Shown: positions 30,874 through 40,750, counted from the first letter of the stretch. The stretch is DNA of 64,000 nucleotides from a bacterium (GCA_965199855.1 OZ241326.1:320001-384000); one strand, 5' to 3'. Numbers and translations: made by a program. The notes: a model not told the origin generated them from the sequence alone.

Positions 30874-31779
30874 TCAGCCCTCCCCGGTCGTTTTGATGAG
30901 CCGCTTGCCGTAGGCCTGGGTCGCCCGATCCATGACGATGGCGAGCAGCACGATTCCCACGCCCGCCTCGAGCGCGCGCCCGACGTTGAGCTGCTGGAGG
31001 CCCAGGAGCACCTCGTTTCCGAGCCCGCGGGTTCCGATCATCGAGGCGATGACCACCATCGAGAGCGCCATCATCGTGGTCTGGTTGACGCCCTGCATGA
31101 TGTTGGAGAGCGCCATGGGGATCTGCACGCCGAGGAGCTTCTGCCGCTTGCTGGCACCCATGGCGTCGGACGCCTCCACAATGTCCTCGTCGACCAGGCG
31201 GATGCCGAGGTCGGTGAGGCGGATCACCGGCGGGACGGCGTAGATCACCGTGGCGAATACGGCGGGAACCGCGCCCAGGCCGAACAGCATGATCGCCGGA
31301 ATGAGATAGACGAAGCTCGGCATGGTCTGCATGAGGTCGAGCACCGGAAGGACGAGGTTGCGCATCCGGTCGCTCCTCGAAATCGCGATGCCGATGGGGA
31401 TGCCGATGACGATGCAGATGAGGGTGGAGATCAGCATGACCGAGAGGGTCATCATCGCGTAGTCCCAGAGCTTGGGATCCACGAGGCCGATGAAGAGCAG
31501 ACACCCCGCCACGAGCGCGGTCACGCCGCGCTGGCGGCCGCTGGAGAAGTAGGTGAGCGCGGTCACGGCGGCGAACACGACGATCCACGGAAGGTCGCGC
31601 AGGAAATGCTCCAGGCCGACCAGCAGCGCGAGGAGGGTGTCCGAGACGGTCTCGAAGACGATTCCGTACTCCGAGACCAGCCATTCCACGAAAACGTTAG
31701 CCCACCTGTTGAGCGGCAGGTTCAGGCCCTTGGGCCATTCAACCGCCCAATCGGGAAGCAGTCCGCGCAAAAGCGCCAT
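30874..31779 (-). CDS. proW: Glycine betaine/proline-type ABC permease
   Basis: LDLMQTMPSFVYLIP and GVNQT.MMALSMVVIASMIG. Confidence 0.88.
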   Translation of the reverse strand: MALLRGLLPDWAVEWPKGLNLPLNRWANVFVEWLVSEYGIVFETVSDTLLALLVGLEHFLRDLPWIVVFAAVTALTYFSSGRQRGVTALVAGCLLFIGLVDPKLWDYAMMTLSVMLISTLICIVIGIPIGIAISRSDRMRNLVLPVLDLMQTMPSFVYLIPAIMLFGLGAVPAVFATVIYAVPPVIRLTDLGIRLVDEDIVEASDAMGASKRQKLLGVQIPMALSNIMQGVNQTTMMALSMVVIASMIGTRGLGNEVLLGLQQLNVGRALEAGVGIVLLAIVMDRATQAYGKRLIKTTGEG

Positions 31780-31844
31780 GGCGAGCGGGCCTCCTCGTGA
31801 CTACGGGCGCCGCCCCTGCGGAAGAGGCGCCGCGCGGGGGCGGT

Positions 31845-32894
31845 TCAGGCGGCGGCGAGCGCCGCCTCTATCTTCTTCGCCACGTCGGCCGGCACCCACT
31901 TCTTCCACACCTTGTTGGTTTTGAGGAAGTGGATGGCGGTGGTCTTCGCGTCGCCGTTCGCTTCTTTCTCGAGATAGGCCAGCGCCTTCGAGACCACGCT
32001 GGACGGCAGGGTGTACTTGTCGAGAAAGGCGATGATCTTCGGATTCTCGGCCGCGAACTTCGCGGTCACCGACTTCGGCAGCTCCACCGACGGATAGGCG
32101 GTCGCCTTCTTCGGGTCGCCCATGGCGCCCTCGCCGCCCTTCTTCACCGCCGTCACGTGCTTCATCATTTCGTCCCAGTCGGCCTTGTTCCACGCCGGCT
32201 CCTCGAGCTTGACCAAGTCCAGCTGCCCCAGCAGCGGCGTCGGCGCCCAGTAGTAGGCGAGCACCGGCTTCTTCTTGATGTAGGCGCCCTTGATGGCCGC
32301 CGCCAGCGCGCCGCCCGAGCCCGGACGGAAGTTCGTGTAGTGCTTCTCCAGCCCGTAGACGCGCATCTTCACCGTGTTGATGAGCTCGCAGGTCCAGCCC
32401 GGGATGCAGTTCACGAAACGGCCCTTGGAGGGATTCTCGGGGTCCGTGAAAAGATGCTTGTACTTCGGAAGATCGAACACCGACTTGAGGCCCGGGTTCT
32501 GCTTCTGGACGAAGCGCGGGATATACCAGCCCTGCTCGCTGTCCGGCGTATTGACGCTCAGCCGCTTGACCTTTCCGCTTTTCAGAGCGGCGTCGTATTG
32601 CTCCTTGAGGTTCTCGTACCAGAGCTCCATGACCACGTCGTTCTTGCCCTTGTAGTGCGCCGCCATAATCGGCAGGGTGCCGCCGTAGGTCATCTTCACC
32701 TCGCAGCCGTAGCCGTGCCGCAGGATGAAGGCGGTCACCTGGTCGTGGAAGTTCGCGCTGTCCCAGTTGAAGTCGCCGATGTGAACACGGCAGGCCGCCT
32801 CCGCCCCGCGAGGCGAGGCGAGAGACGCGGCGGCGATGATGACGGCGAAAGCGGCTACCGCGAGCGCCCTGAACTTCATGGTCTTCGGCTTCAT
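31845..32894 (-). CDS. proX: Betaine-family ABC substrate-binding protein, copy A
   Basis: NWDS, GYGC, E.W, C.PGW.C and YYWAPT motifs; upstream of proW. Confidence 0.8.
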   Translation of the reverse strand: MKPKTMKFRALAVAAFAVIIAAASLASPRGAEAACRVHIGDFNWDSANFHDQVTAFILRHGYGCEVKMTYGGTLPIMAAHYKGKNDVVMELWYENLKEQYDAALKSGKVKRLSVNTPDSEQGWYIPRFVQKQNPGLKSVFDLPKYKHLFTDPENPSKGRFVNCIPGWTCELINTVKMRVYGLEKHYTNFRPGSGGALAAAIKGAYIKKKPVLAYYWAPTPLLGQLDLVKLEEPAWNKADWDEMMKHVTAVKKGGEGAMGDPKKATAYPSVELPKSVTAKFAAENPKIIAFLDKYTLPSSVVSKALAYLEKEANGDAKTTAIHFLKTNKVWKKWVPADVAKKIEAALAAA

Positions 32895-33033
32895 GGCTGA
32901 TCCCCCGTTGCCGTGCGGGCGTATGAAAACGGACAGTCCTCTCCTCCAAGCGTCATGCGATTATACGCGGATCGGCGCGAAACGCAAACGCCCCCTTCTT
33001 CACGCGGGAGGAGAGGCGCCGCGCGGGGGCGGT

Positions 33034-34068
33034 TCAGGCGGCGGCGAGCGCCGCCTCTATCTTCTTCGCCACGTCGGCCGGCACCCACTTCTTCCACACC
33101 TTGTTGGTTTTGAGGAAGTGGATGGCGGTGGTCTTCGCGTCGCCGTTCGCTTCTTTCTCGAGATAGGCCAGCGCCTTCGAGACCACGCTGGACGGCAGGG
33201 TGTACTTGTCGAGAAAGGCGATGATCTTCGGATTCTCGGCCGCGAACTTCGCGGTCACCGACTTCGGCAGCTCCACCGACGGATAGGCGGTCGCCTTCTT
33301 CGGGTCGCCCATGGCGCCCTCGCCGCCCTTCTTCACCGCCGTCACGTGCTTCATCATTTCGTCCCAGTCGGCCTTGTTCCACGCCGGCTCCTCGAGCTTG
33401 ACCAAGTCCAGCTGCCCCAGCAGCGGCGTCGGCGCCCAGTAGTAGGCGAGCACCGGCTTCTTCTTGATGTAGGCGCCCTTGATGGCCGCCGCCAGCGCGC
33501 CGCCCGAGCCCGGACGGAAGTTCGTGTAGTGCTTCTCCAGCCCGTAGACGCGCATCTTCACCGTGTTGATGAGCTCGCAATACCAGCCCGGGATGCAGTT
33601 CACGAAACGGCCCTTGGAGGGATTCTCGGGGTCCGTGAAAAGATGCTTGTACTTGGGAAGATCGAACACCGACTTGAGGCCCGGGTTCTGCTTCTGGACG
33701 TAACGCGGGATGAACCAGCCCTGATCGCTGTCCGGCGTGTTGGCGCTCAGCAGCTTGATCTTGCCGCTCTTTCTGGCGGCCTCGTAGCCGTCCTTGATGT
33801 TGTCGTACCATACCTCCATGACCACGTCGTTCTTGCCCTTGTAGTGCGCCGCCATAATCGGCAGGGTGCCGCCGTAGGTCATCTTCACCTCGCAGCCGTA
33901 GCCGTGCCGCAGGATGAAGGCGGTCACCTGGTCGTGGAAGTTCGCGCTGTCCCAGTTGAAGTCGCCGATGTGAACACGGCAGGCCGCCTCCGCCCCGCGA
34001 GGCGAGGCGAGAGACGCGGCGGCGATGATGACGGCGAAAGCGGCAATCGCAAGAATTTTGAGTCTCAT
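33034..34068 (-). CDS. proX: Betaine-family ABC substrate-binding protein, copy B
   Basis: Near-identical tandem copy of 31845-32894, offset 1189 bp. Confidence 0.8.
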   Translation of the reverse strand: MRLKILAIAAFAVIIAAASLASPRGAEAACRVHIGDFNWDSANFHDQVTAFILRHGYGCEVKMTYGGTLPIMAAHYKGKNDVVMEVWYDNIKDGYEAARKSGKIKLLSANTPDSDQGWFIPRYVQKQNPGLKSVFDLPKYKHLFTDPENPSKGRFVNCIPGWYCELINTVKMRVYGLEKHYTNFRPGSGGALAAAIKGAYIKKKPVLAYYWAPTPLLGQLDLVKLEEPAWNKADWDEMMKHVTAVKKGGEGAMGDPKKATAYPSVELPKSVTAKFAAENPKIIAFLDKYTLPSSVVSKALAYLEKEANGDAKTTAIHFLKTNKVWKKWVPADVAKKIEAALAAA

Positions 34069-34252
34069 GGCGGGTCTCCCGTCGCCGCGGGGGGCGCGCG
34101 GAAAGAAAGAAAAGGGAACCTCTCCTGTCCTCTGGCTGGAGCATCTTACTGCAAATCGCCGGGAAGCGCAAACCGCCGCCCCGATGCCGCCCGTTCATGC
34201 TACCATCGCCCCATCGCCCCATCGCCCTTCCGCCCGAGCGAGCGGCGCGCCC

Positions 34253-35308
34253 ATGCCCGAGATGAGACATGACCCGCTCCGCGGCGAATGGACGCTCATC
34301 GCGCCCGGCCGCCGCGCCCGGCCACGCCCCCCGCATTACGCGAACGCCACGCCCTCATCGGAGGATCCGTCCTGTCCCTTCTGCCCGGGAAACGAGAGCG
34401 AAACGCCGCCCGAGACCGGCGCAGTCAGGGACGAAGGAACGAGGGAGAACGCCTGGGGCTGGCGCGCCCGCTGCGTGCCGAACAAATACCCCGCCGTCGG
34501 CGAGGGCGAGCCTGCGCGGGAAGGGAAGGGCGCTTTCTCCTCTCTCAGGGGCGGGGGACGCCACGAAGTGCTGATCGATTCGCCGCGCCACGCGAAGGGG
34601 CTGGCCGATTTGAGCGACGCGCACGCGGGCGACGTCCTGCGCCTGCTCCGGCAAAGGGCGCGCGCGCTTGCGCGGGCGCCCGGCGTTCGCTCCGTCTGCG
34701 CCTTCAAGAACCACGGGGCGATGGCGGGGGCGTCCATCCTCCACTCGCACATCCAGATTCTCGCCCTTCCCGCCCGCGCGGGGGCGGAGGCGGCGGCGCG
34801 GCGGCGGGAGGCCGCCTTCCACCGCCACCGCGAGCGCAAAATCGCCCTTTTCGACCACGTGGCCGCCCGCGAGCTGGAGGCGGAAGCGAGGGTGGTGGAG
34901 GCGGGAGCGGAGGGCGCGGTCGCGTTCTGCCCCTGGGGGTCGCGCTTTCCCTATCTCGTCTGCATCGCGCCTTGGCCGTCGGAAGCCTCCTTCCAGGAGA
35001 GCGCGCCGGAGGCCATCGCGGCGGCGGGGCGCGCGCTGGCGCGAACGCTCAGACGCTACAAGAGGCTTCTGCGCGATCCGCCCGTCAACGTCTCTTTCTT
35101 CTTGGGAGCGGGAGGCGCGGACGAGGTCTCCTCCGCGCACCGCTGGCGCATCGAGCTCTTTCCCCGTCTGACGCCCCCGGCGGGACTCGAGACGGGTCTG
35201 GGGACGCACATAAACGAGGTCGCTCCGGAGCGCGCGGCCAAGGAACTGAGGAGCGCGGACGCCGCCTTCGAGGAAGACGGGGCGGCCGCCCCGCCAGGCG
35301 GGGGGTGA
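34253..35308 (+). CDS. GalT-like HIT-family nucleotidyltransferase
   Basis: R.DPL..EW, CPFCPGNE, PNKYP and FKNHG..AGAS..HSHIQ. Confidence 0.82.
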   Translation: MPEMRHDPLRGEWTLIAPGRRARPRPPHYANATPSSEDPSCPFCPGNESETPPETGAVRDEGTRENAWGWRARCVPNKYPAVGEGEPAREGKGAFSSLRGGGRHEVLIDSPRHAKGLADLSDAHAGDVLRLLRQRARALARAPGVRSVCAFKNHGAMAGASILHSHIQILALPARAGAEAAARRREAAFHRHRERKIALFDHVAARELEAEARVVEAGAEGAVAFCPWGSRFPYLVCIAPWPSEASFQESAPEAIAAAGRALARTLRRYKRLLRDPPVNVSFFLGAGGADEVSSAHRWRIELFPRLTPPAGLETGLGTHINEVAPERAAKELRSADAAFEEDGAAAPPGGG

Positions 35309-35347
35309 TCGCAGGCTCGCCCGCGCGCCGTTTCGGCGCGGAGCCTC

Positions 35348-36106
35348 CTAATGCACGTATTGCCCGCCGTTCACGTCGAGCGTCACGCCCGTGATGTAGC
35401 CCGACCCCGGCGTGGAGAGATACCAGATCGCGTCCGCCACGTCCTCGGGCTCGCCCCCGAAGCCCACGGGAATGCCCGCCACGATGGCCGGCACGCGCTC
35501 CCCGTGCACGAGCCGGAAGCGCCTGGTGAGCGTCGCGCCCGGAGCCACGGCGTTCACCGTGACGCCGTGGGGGGCGAGCTCCACCGCGAGCCTCCGGGTG
35601 AAGCCCTGCATCGCGGACTTGGATGCGCTGTAGGCCAGCGAGATGCCCGGCAGGGCGTCGCGGGCGGAAATGGAGGATACGTTCACGATGCGGCCGTAGC
35701 CCGCCTTCTTCATCGGAGCGGCCGCCGCGCGGCTGGCGAGGTAGCAGCTCGTCAGGTTCCAGTCCATGATCTTTCGCCACTCCGCCTCGTCAAGGTCCTC
35801 GATGTCGGAAACCTCGACGAAGCCGCCCGCGCAGTTCACCAGAATGTCGAGGCGGCCCCACGCGGCGAGCGTCCGCGAGAAAAGACGGTCGACGTCCTCT
35901 TTTCTGGCGGCGTCGCCCGGAGAATAGATGGCCTCTCCGCGCTCGCCCAGCCTGGCGAGCGCCGCCGCGCCGCGCTCCCGGTCGCGCCCCATGACGGCGA
36001 CCTTCGCGCCCTCCCCGGCGAAGCGGAGCGCCGCCGCCAGGCCGATGCCGTCCGTCGCGCCCGTGACGACGGCGACGCGCTCTCTTATGGAGGATCGCTC
36101 ATGCAC
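35348..36106 (-). CDS. SDR oxidoreductase, paralog 1
   Basis: TGATDGIG, NCAG and YSASK. Confidence 0.9.
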   Translation of the reverse strand: MHERSSIRERVAVVTGATDGIGLAAALRFAGEGAKVAVMGRDRERGAAALARLGERGEAIYSPGDAARKEDVDRLFSRTLAAWGRLDILVNCAGGFVEVSDIEDLDEAEWRKIMDWNLTSCYLASRAAAAPMKKAGYGRIVNVSSISARDALPGISLAYSASKSAMQGFTRRLAVELAPHGVTVNAVAPGATLTRRFRLVHGERVPAIVAGIPVGFGGEPEDVADAIWYLSTPGSGYITGVTLDVNGGQYVH

Positions 36107-36118
36107 GGAAAAAACCCC

Positions 36119-36880
36119 CTAGTGCGCGTATCTGCCGCCGTTCACGTCGAGCGTCACGCCCGTCACGTAGCGCGCGCCGGGGCGGACGAGATACCACACG
36201 GCGTCGGCGACGTCGGCGGCCTCCGCCACGCGGCCCAGCGGAATCTTCGAGACGATCTCGGGCAGCCTCTCCCTGTGCAGGGCGGCCACGCGAGGGGAGA
36301 GCACCACGCTGGGCGCCACCGCGTTCACGGTGACACCATGGGGCGCGACCTCGACCGCCAGGCGCCTGCAGAAGCCGAACAGGCCGGCCTTCGCCGCGCT
36401 GTAGGCGAGGCCCGTCTCCAGAATGCCGTCGCGGCCCGAGAGGGAGGATACGTTCACGATGCGGCCGTAGCCCGCCTCTTTCATGGCGGGCGCGACTGCG
36501 CGCGAACAAAGGTAGGCGCTTTTCAGGTTCAGGTCCACGACGCTACGCCACGCGGCCTCGTCCAGATCCTCGAGGGCCGGATTGTCCACGAAGCCGCCCG
36601 CGCAGTTCACCAGAATGTCGAGGCGGCCCCACGCGGCCAGCGTCTCGCTCACCGCCGCCCGGATTTCATCCGCCGCCGTGGCGTCCGTCCTGATGAAGCG
36701 AACCTCCGCGCCCGCCTCGCTCGCGCGACTGGCGGCCGCTTCGCCCCCGGCCTCGTCCACGTCCAGCAGGGCGACCCGCGCGCCCTCCGCCGCGAGACGC
36801 TCGACGATGGCCGCGCCGATGCCCGCCGCCCCCGCCGTAACGACGGCCGCATGGCCCTGAATCGAGGATCTGTCTTCCAT
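36119..36880 (-). CDS. SDR oxidoreductase, paralog 2
   Basis: TAGAAGIG, NCAG and YSAAK. Confidence 0.9.
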   Translation of the reverse strand: MEDRSSIQGHAAVVTAGAAGIGAAIVERLAAEGARVALLDVDEAGGEAAASRASEAGAEVRFIRTDATAADEIRAAVSETLAAWGRLDILVNCAGGFVDNPALEDLDEAAWRSVVDLNLKSAYLCSRAVAPAMKEAGYGRIVNVSSLSGRDGILETGLAYSAAKAGLFGFCRRLAVEVAPHGVTVNAVAPSVVLSPRVAALHRERLPEIVSKIPLGRVAEAADVADAVWYLVRPGARYVTGVTLDVNGGRYAH

Positions 36881-36922
36881 CCCGTCCGACGCCTCGTCCG
36901 CGAGCCGGCTCCCCGGCCGCCC

Positions 36923-37288
36923 CTATCCGGAGCCGCGAACCAGCAAAAGGCCCTCATAGACGAGCAGCGGCGCCGCGAGCGGCACCAGAATCAGCCACAG
37001 GGCGTTGTTCTCCAGGCCGCTGTCCGCCATCTTGGCCAGGTAATTGTAGGCGTAGAAATTCGCCAGCGCGCCGCCGAGGAGCGTCGTCGCCCGTCGATGC
37101 CATTCGGTTTCGCGCTTCGCCAGCCCGCGAACGCCGTCGAAGAGAACGACGGCGAAAGCCGCTATCACGAAGGCGTCGATCCAGTCGAAGAGCGGCTTGG
37201 CGGCCCTGGGATTGACGGCGAAGAAAAAATTGTTGAGCATCATCGCGATGGCGGCGGCCAGAACGAAGAACCCCTTTCGCGAGCGCAT
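36923..37288 (-). CDS. Hypothetical four-TM membrane protein
   Basis: ATG 37288 with a purine-rich RBS; four hydrophobic segments. Confidence 0.65.
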   Translation of the reverse strand: MRSRKGFFVLAAAIAMMLNNFFFAVNPRAAKPLFDWIDAFVIAAFAVVLFDGVRGLAKRETEWHRRATTLLGGALANFYAYNYLAKMADSGLENNALWLILVPLAAPLLVYEGLLLVRGSG

Positions 37289-37378
37289 GTTTCTCCCCCT
37301 CGTGGTCACATGGTGAGGCGAGCCGGCCTTCCCGCGGGCCGCCGGGTGCGACAGCGCGCCGCCTCATCCCCGAAAGCG

Positions 37379-37975
37379 CTACCCCGCCCGCGCGGAGGCG
37401 AAATAGGTGTTGCCGTCGAAATCCCACCAGCGGGCGCGCCGAAAGCCCGCCTTTCGCAATTCGCCCAGCAACTCGGCGGGGCGAAAGCGCGCGCGAAGGG
37501 GCGGCCCCATGTCCATGGGCTTTCTGTGCCATTCGATCAGGACGAGCGAGCCTTTTTCCCGCGTCGCGCGGCGGGATTCCGCAAGCAGGGGCCCGGGGTC
37601 GGCCATCCCGTGAACCACGAACGCGAGAAGAGCGAGGTCCGCGCTCCCGTCGGGAAAGGGGACGCGGGGGTTTTCGCATCGCCTCGCCGTCAGGTTGGCG
37701 CGGCCGCGCTCCTTCGCCTGCGCCCGGACCTCCCGTATCATTACGGGCGAAGTGTCGCACGCGAGCACGCGCCCGTATTTTCCCACCACGCCGCAGGCGG
37801 GAAGCGAGAAATACCCGGGGCCGCAACCCACGTCCAGAAAACTCATGCCGCGCCCGAGGCCCAGGCCGCGCAGCGTCCTGGCGGGCGGCATGACGCGGCG
37901 TCTCTGGCGGGTGAGAAGCAGATGCCGCCTGCGGGCGGGAAACGTCCATTCCAGCCGCGGGGACGCGCCGCTCAA
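37379..37975 (-). CDS. Class I SAM-dependent methyltransferase
   Basis: LDVGCGPG, V.HG and EW..GPP. TTG overlaps the upstream stop; start uncertain. Confidence 0.8.
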   Translation of the reverse strand: MSGASPRLEWTFPARRRHLLLTRQRRRVMPPARTLRGLGLGRGMSFLDVGCGPGYFSLPACGVVGKYGRVLACDTSPVMIREVRAQAKERGRANLTARRCENPRVPFPDGSADLALLAFVVHGMADPGPLLAESRRATREKGSLVLIEWHRKPMDMGPPLRARFRPAELLGELRKAGFRRARWWDFDGNTYFASARAG

Positions 37976-39054
37976 GCCTCGTCCTCGAGGTAGCCGCTGA
38001 GCGCCTCGCGGATGAAGCCCTCCTCGCGCCCCTCCCGGATGAGCAGGAGCCCCTCCGCCAGGCACTCGAGCCTGCGCCGCTCCCGGTCGAGGCGGGTCTG
38101 GCCCTTTCGCGCCAGAAGCCTTTCCACGTCGTCTATCGCGGCGCCGTCGAGCCCCCATTTCAGCCCCATCTTGAGAAGAGGCTCCTGAATCCACTCGAGC
38201 CGCTCCTCTATCGCGCCGCTCCCCTCGCGGCCGGCGAGGCCCGCGAGCTCCACGCACAGGCCGATGATGTCCACCGCGGCCTGCGCCGACGGGGAGAAGC
38301 GGACGCCGGGCAGGCGCTCGTAGTCCGCCTCGCCCTCCGGCAGGAAGGCGACGAGCCGCGCCCGCGCCCGCTCCTCGCTCGCTCCCTCGAGTATCGCCAG
38401 CGCGCCCTCTATGGCGATCTCCTTGTTCCGCTCCATCGCGCCGAGGGCGGATTCTATCTGCCGCGCGAGGATCATCTCGGCCTCGTCGCAGGGTGCCTGA
38501 TCCGCCAGCATCCGCAGACCGGCGGCGAAAATTCCGTCCGGACTCCGCTCGAGCGCGGGCTCCAGGGAGAGCAGGCCGTGCCGCTCCGCGCGCGCGGCGA
38601 GGGCGGCGACCACCGAAACCGCCTGCCCGGCCGCGCTTTCGGGGGCGTGAAACGCGGCGATCTCCTCCTCCAGCGCCTGCTCCAGCGGGGGAATGGCGTC
38701 ATCGGCGGGGCCGTCGAATGTGATGTCGCCGTGCTCCTTCATGGCGTAGGCGGTTTCCATCAGCATCTGGCGCGCCTCGACCGCCTGGCCGTTCTCGTCC
38801 GCCTCGCTCCTCTTGATTTCCTCGCGGATGCGCGCCGCGTTCCTGGACGAGACGTTCCGCAGCACGCGCTCCACCACGCCCGCCTCCGCGTCCCGAAGCG
38901 CCAGGGCGAGAACCTCGAGGTCGAGCCGCTCGATGACGCGCCGCAGCGCGCGGCCGGACATCTCCGCGATGGGGGCGAGGTCGGGGTTCTCGCCGGGGGA
39001 GAAAAAGCGATGCCCGGGGGGCTCCTCCATCCAGCGATCGCGGTCAAGACTCAT
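37972..39054 (-). CDS. FliG C-terminal domain fused to two MotA-like cytoplasmic repeats (no TM segments)
   Basis: aa ~25-113: LALALR...VLRNVSSRNAARIREEI...VEA.Q...GDI. aa ~146-238 and ~263-356: A.R.GLL.LE...F..GL....D...E.IL plus I.EG.LAI.EG.....L..FL. Confidence 0.7.
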   Translation of the reverse strand: MSLDRDRWMEEPPGHRFFSPGENPDLAPIAEMSGRALRRVIERLDLEVLALALRDAEAGVVERVLRNVSSRNAARIREEIKRSEADENGQAVEARQMLMETAYAMKEHGDITFDGPADDAIPPLEQALEEEIAAFHAPESAAGQAVSVVAALAARAERHGLLSLEPALERSPDGIFAAGLRMLADQAPCDEAEMILARQIESALGAMERNKEIAIEGALAILEGASEERARARLVAFLPEGEADYERLPGVRFSPSAQAAVDIIGLCVELAGLAGREGSGAIEERLEWIQEPLLKMGLKWGLDGAAIDDVERLLARKGQTRLDRERRRLECLAEGLLLIREGREEGFIREALSGYLEDEA

Positions 39055-39106
39055 CTTTTCGTCTCCAGGGCTCCCGGGAGCGGCGCGCGCCGGAGCGGCT
39101 TTCCCC

Positions 39107-40750
39107 TCAATTCTCCTCGGCCAGCTTCGGGGGCTGGACGGAGCGGTTCACGTAGAACTGCTGGGCGATGGAGAGCAGGTTGTTCACCAGCCAGTAAATC
39201 ACCAGGCCGACGGGCACGGGATAGAAGACGAACATGCCCGTGAAGATGATGGGCATGAACATCATCATCTTCGCCTGGGTGGGGTCGCCCGCCATGGGCG
39301 TCATCTTCTGCTGCAGGAACATCGACGCGCCCATGAGTATCGTATAGACGTGGTAGGGGTCCTGCACCGAGAGGTCCTGCACCCAGCCGAAGAAGGGCGC
39401 GTTGCGCAGCTCTATCGACACGAGAAGCGCCTCATACAGCCCGAAGAACACGGGAATCTGTATCAGCATGGGCAGGCAGCCCATCATCGGGTTGACCTTG
39501 TGCTCCTTGTAGAGGGACATGGTCTGCTCGTTCAGCTTCGTCTTGTCCTCCTTGTAGATCTCCCGAAGCTGCGCGATGCGCGGCTGGAGCTTCTGCATCT
39601 CCTTCATGTTGCGCATGCTGACGTGGGTGAGGGGATAAAAGACGATCTTCACCAGGATGGTCAGCAGGATGATGGCCACCCCCCAGTTGCCCGCCACGGC
39701 GTGCAGGGCGCGAAGAATCGACATGAGCGGCTTGGCGATGAAGGCGAACATTCCGTAGTCCAGAGAATCCTCCAGGCCGACGCCGAGCCTTTCGAGATGA
39801 TCCAGCGCCTTGGGGCCCGCGTAGACGTCGAAGGCCGCCTCGACCTCCCTTCCCCGCGAGAGGGGGACGATGGCGGCGTATTCGCTCAGGACGTCCGTCT
39901 GGCCGAGCAGGCGAACCTCCGCGCCGCCCGCCCCGCTTCGGGGGATGAGCGCCGCGATGAAGTGCTTCGACTGCAACGAGGTCCACTTGAGGCCCTCGCC
40001 GTGGGCGACGGGCTTTCCCTCCTCGGGATAGTCATAGACGATCTCCTTGCCCACGAAGCTCATCGGCCCCTCGATGACGCCGCCGTAGGTGTTGCCGTCG
40101 CTTCCGCCCACCCGCGGGCCCCAGACGACGCCGATGGCCTCTTCTCCCAAGGGGCGGGAAACCCGTATCCTGGTCTTCACGTTGTAGCTGTTGTACCTGA
40201 AGGCGAGCGTCTTCTCCGCCGAGAGGCCGTCCTCGCCCCGGTAGAGGAACCGCACCACCCCCTCGGGATTCGTCCTCGAGAGGGAGAGATCGCCGCCCTC
40301 GACCTGATAGGACGCCTCGTTCAGCCGCTGCGCCGTCCGCCCGCCCCAGAAGAAAAGAGGCCGCACGTCCGGGCGGCCCGCGGGCACGAGTTCGACGAAG
40401 CCCCTCTCGCCCTGCCTGTATTTGAGCAGGCGCGCGGAGAGAAAGCCCGCGCCCCGGCTCGTCAGCTCATACACCGCGTCGCCCACGTCCACGCGGACGC
40501 GGCGCTGCGGCGCGGAGGCGGTGGGAGCGGGAGCCGGGGACGCGGCGGAAGTCGCCGGCCCGACGGCGGGCGGCGACCTAAGGGGCGCGCTGGCCGCGCT
40601 CCCTCCCTTGCCGCGCTGGGCCGCGGCGCGCGCCTTGGCCGCCCGCTGCTTCTGGGCCTGCTCCTCCTCCATCGGCCTCACGACGAGGTATTGCCAGCCG
40701 ATCAGGATCGCCAGCGACAGGACGGCGGCGAGAATCGCGTTTTTTTCCAT
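39107..40750 (-). CDS. yidC: Membrane protein insertase YidC
   Basis: GNWGVAIILLT, NPMMGCLP.LIQIP and YWLVNN. Confidence 0.95.
   Translation of the reverse strand: MEKNAILAAVLSLAILIGWQYLVVRPMEEEQAQKQRAAKARAAAQRGKGGSAASAPLRSPPAVGPATSAASPAPAPTASAPQRRVRVDVGDAVYELTSRGAGFLSARLLKYRQGERGFVELVPAGRPDVRPLFFWGGRTAQRLNEASYQVEGGDLSLSRTNPEGVVRFLYRGEDGLSAEKTLAFRYNSYNVKTRIRVSRPLGEEAIGVVWGPRVGGSDGNTYGGVIEGPMSFVGKEIVYDYPEEGKPVAHGEGLKWTSLQSKHFIAALIPRSGAGGAEVRLLGQTDVLSEYAAIVPLSRGREVEAAFDVYAGPKALDHLERLGVGLEDSLDYGMFAFIAKPLMSILRALHAVAGNWGVAIILLTILVKIVFYPLTHVSMRNMKEMQKLQPRIAQLREIYKEDKTKLNEQTMSLYKEHKVNPMMGCLPMLIQIPVFFGLYEALLVSIELRNAPFFGWVQDLSVQDPYHVYTILMGASMFLQQKMTPMAGDPTQAKMMMFMPIIFTGMFVFYPVPVGLVIYWLVNNLLSIAQQFYVNRSVQPPKLAEEN

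Noticed and set aside
34203-34226. CCATCGCC x3 upstream of the galT-like gene as a phase-variation tract
   Set aside because: Only three units in GC-rich DNA, with no evidence of function.
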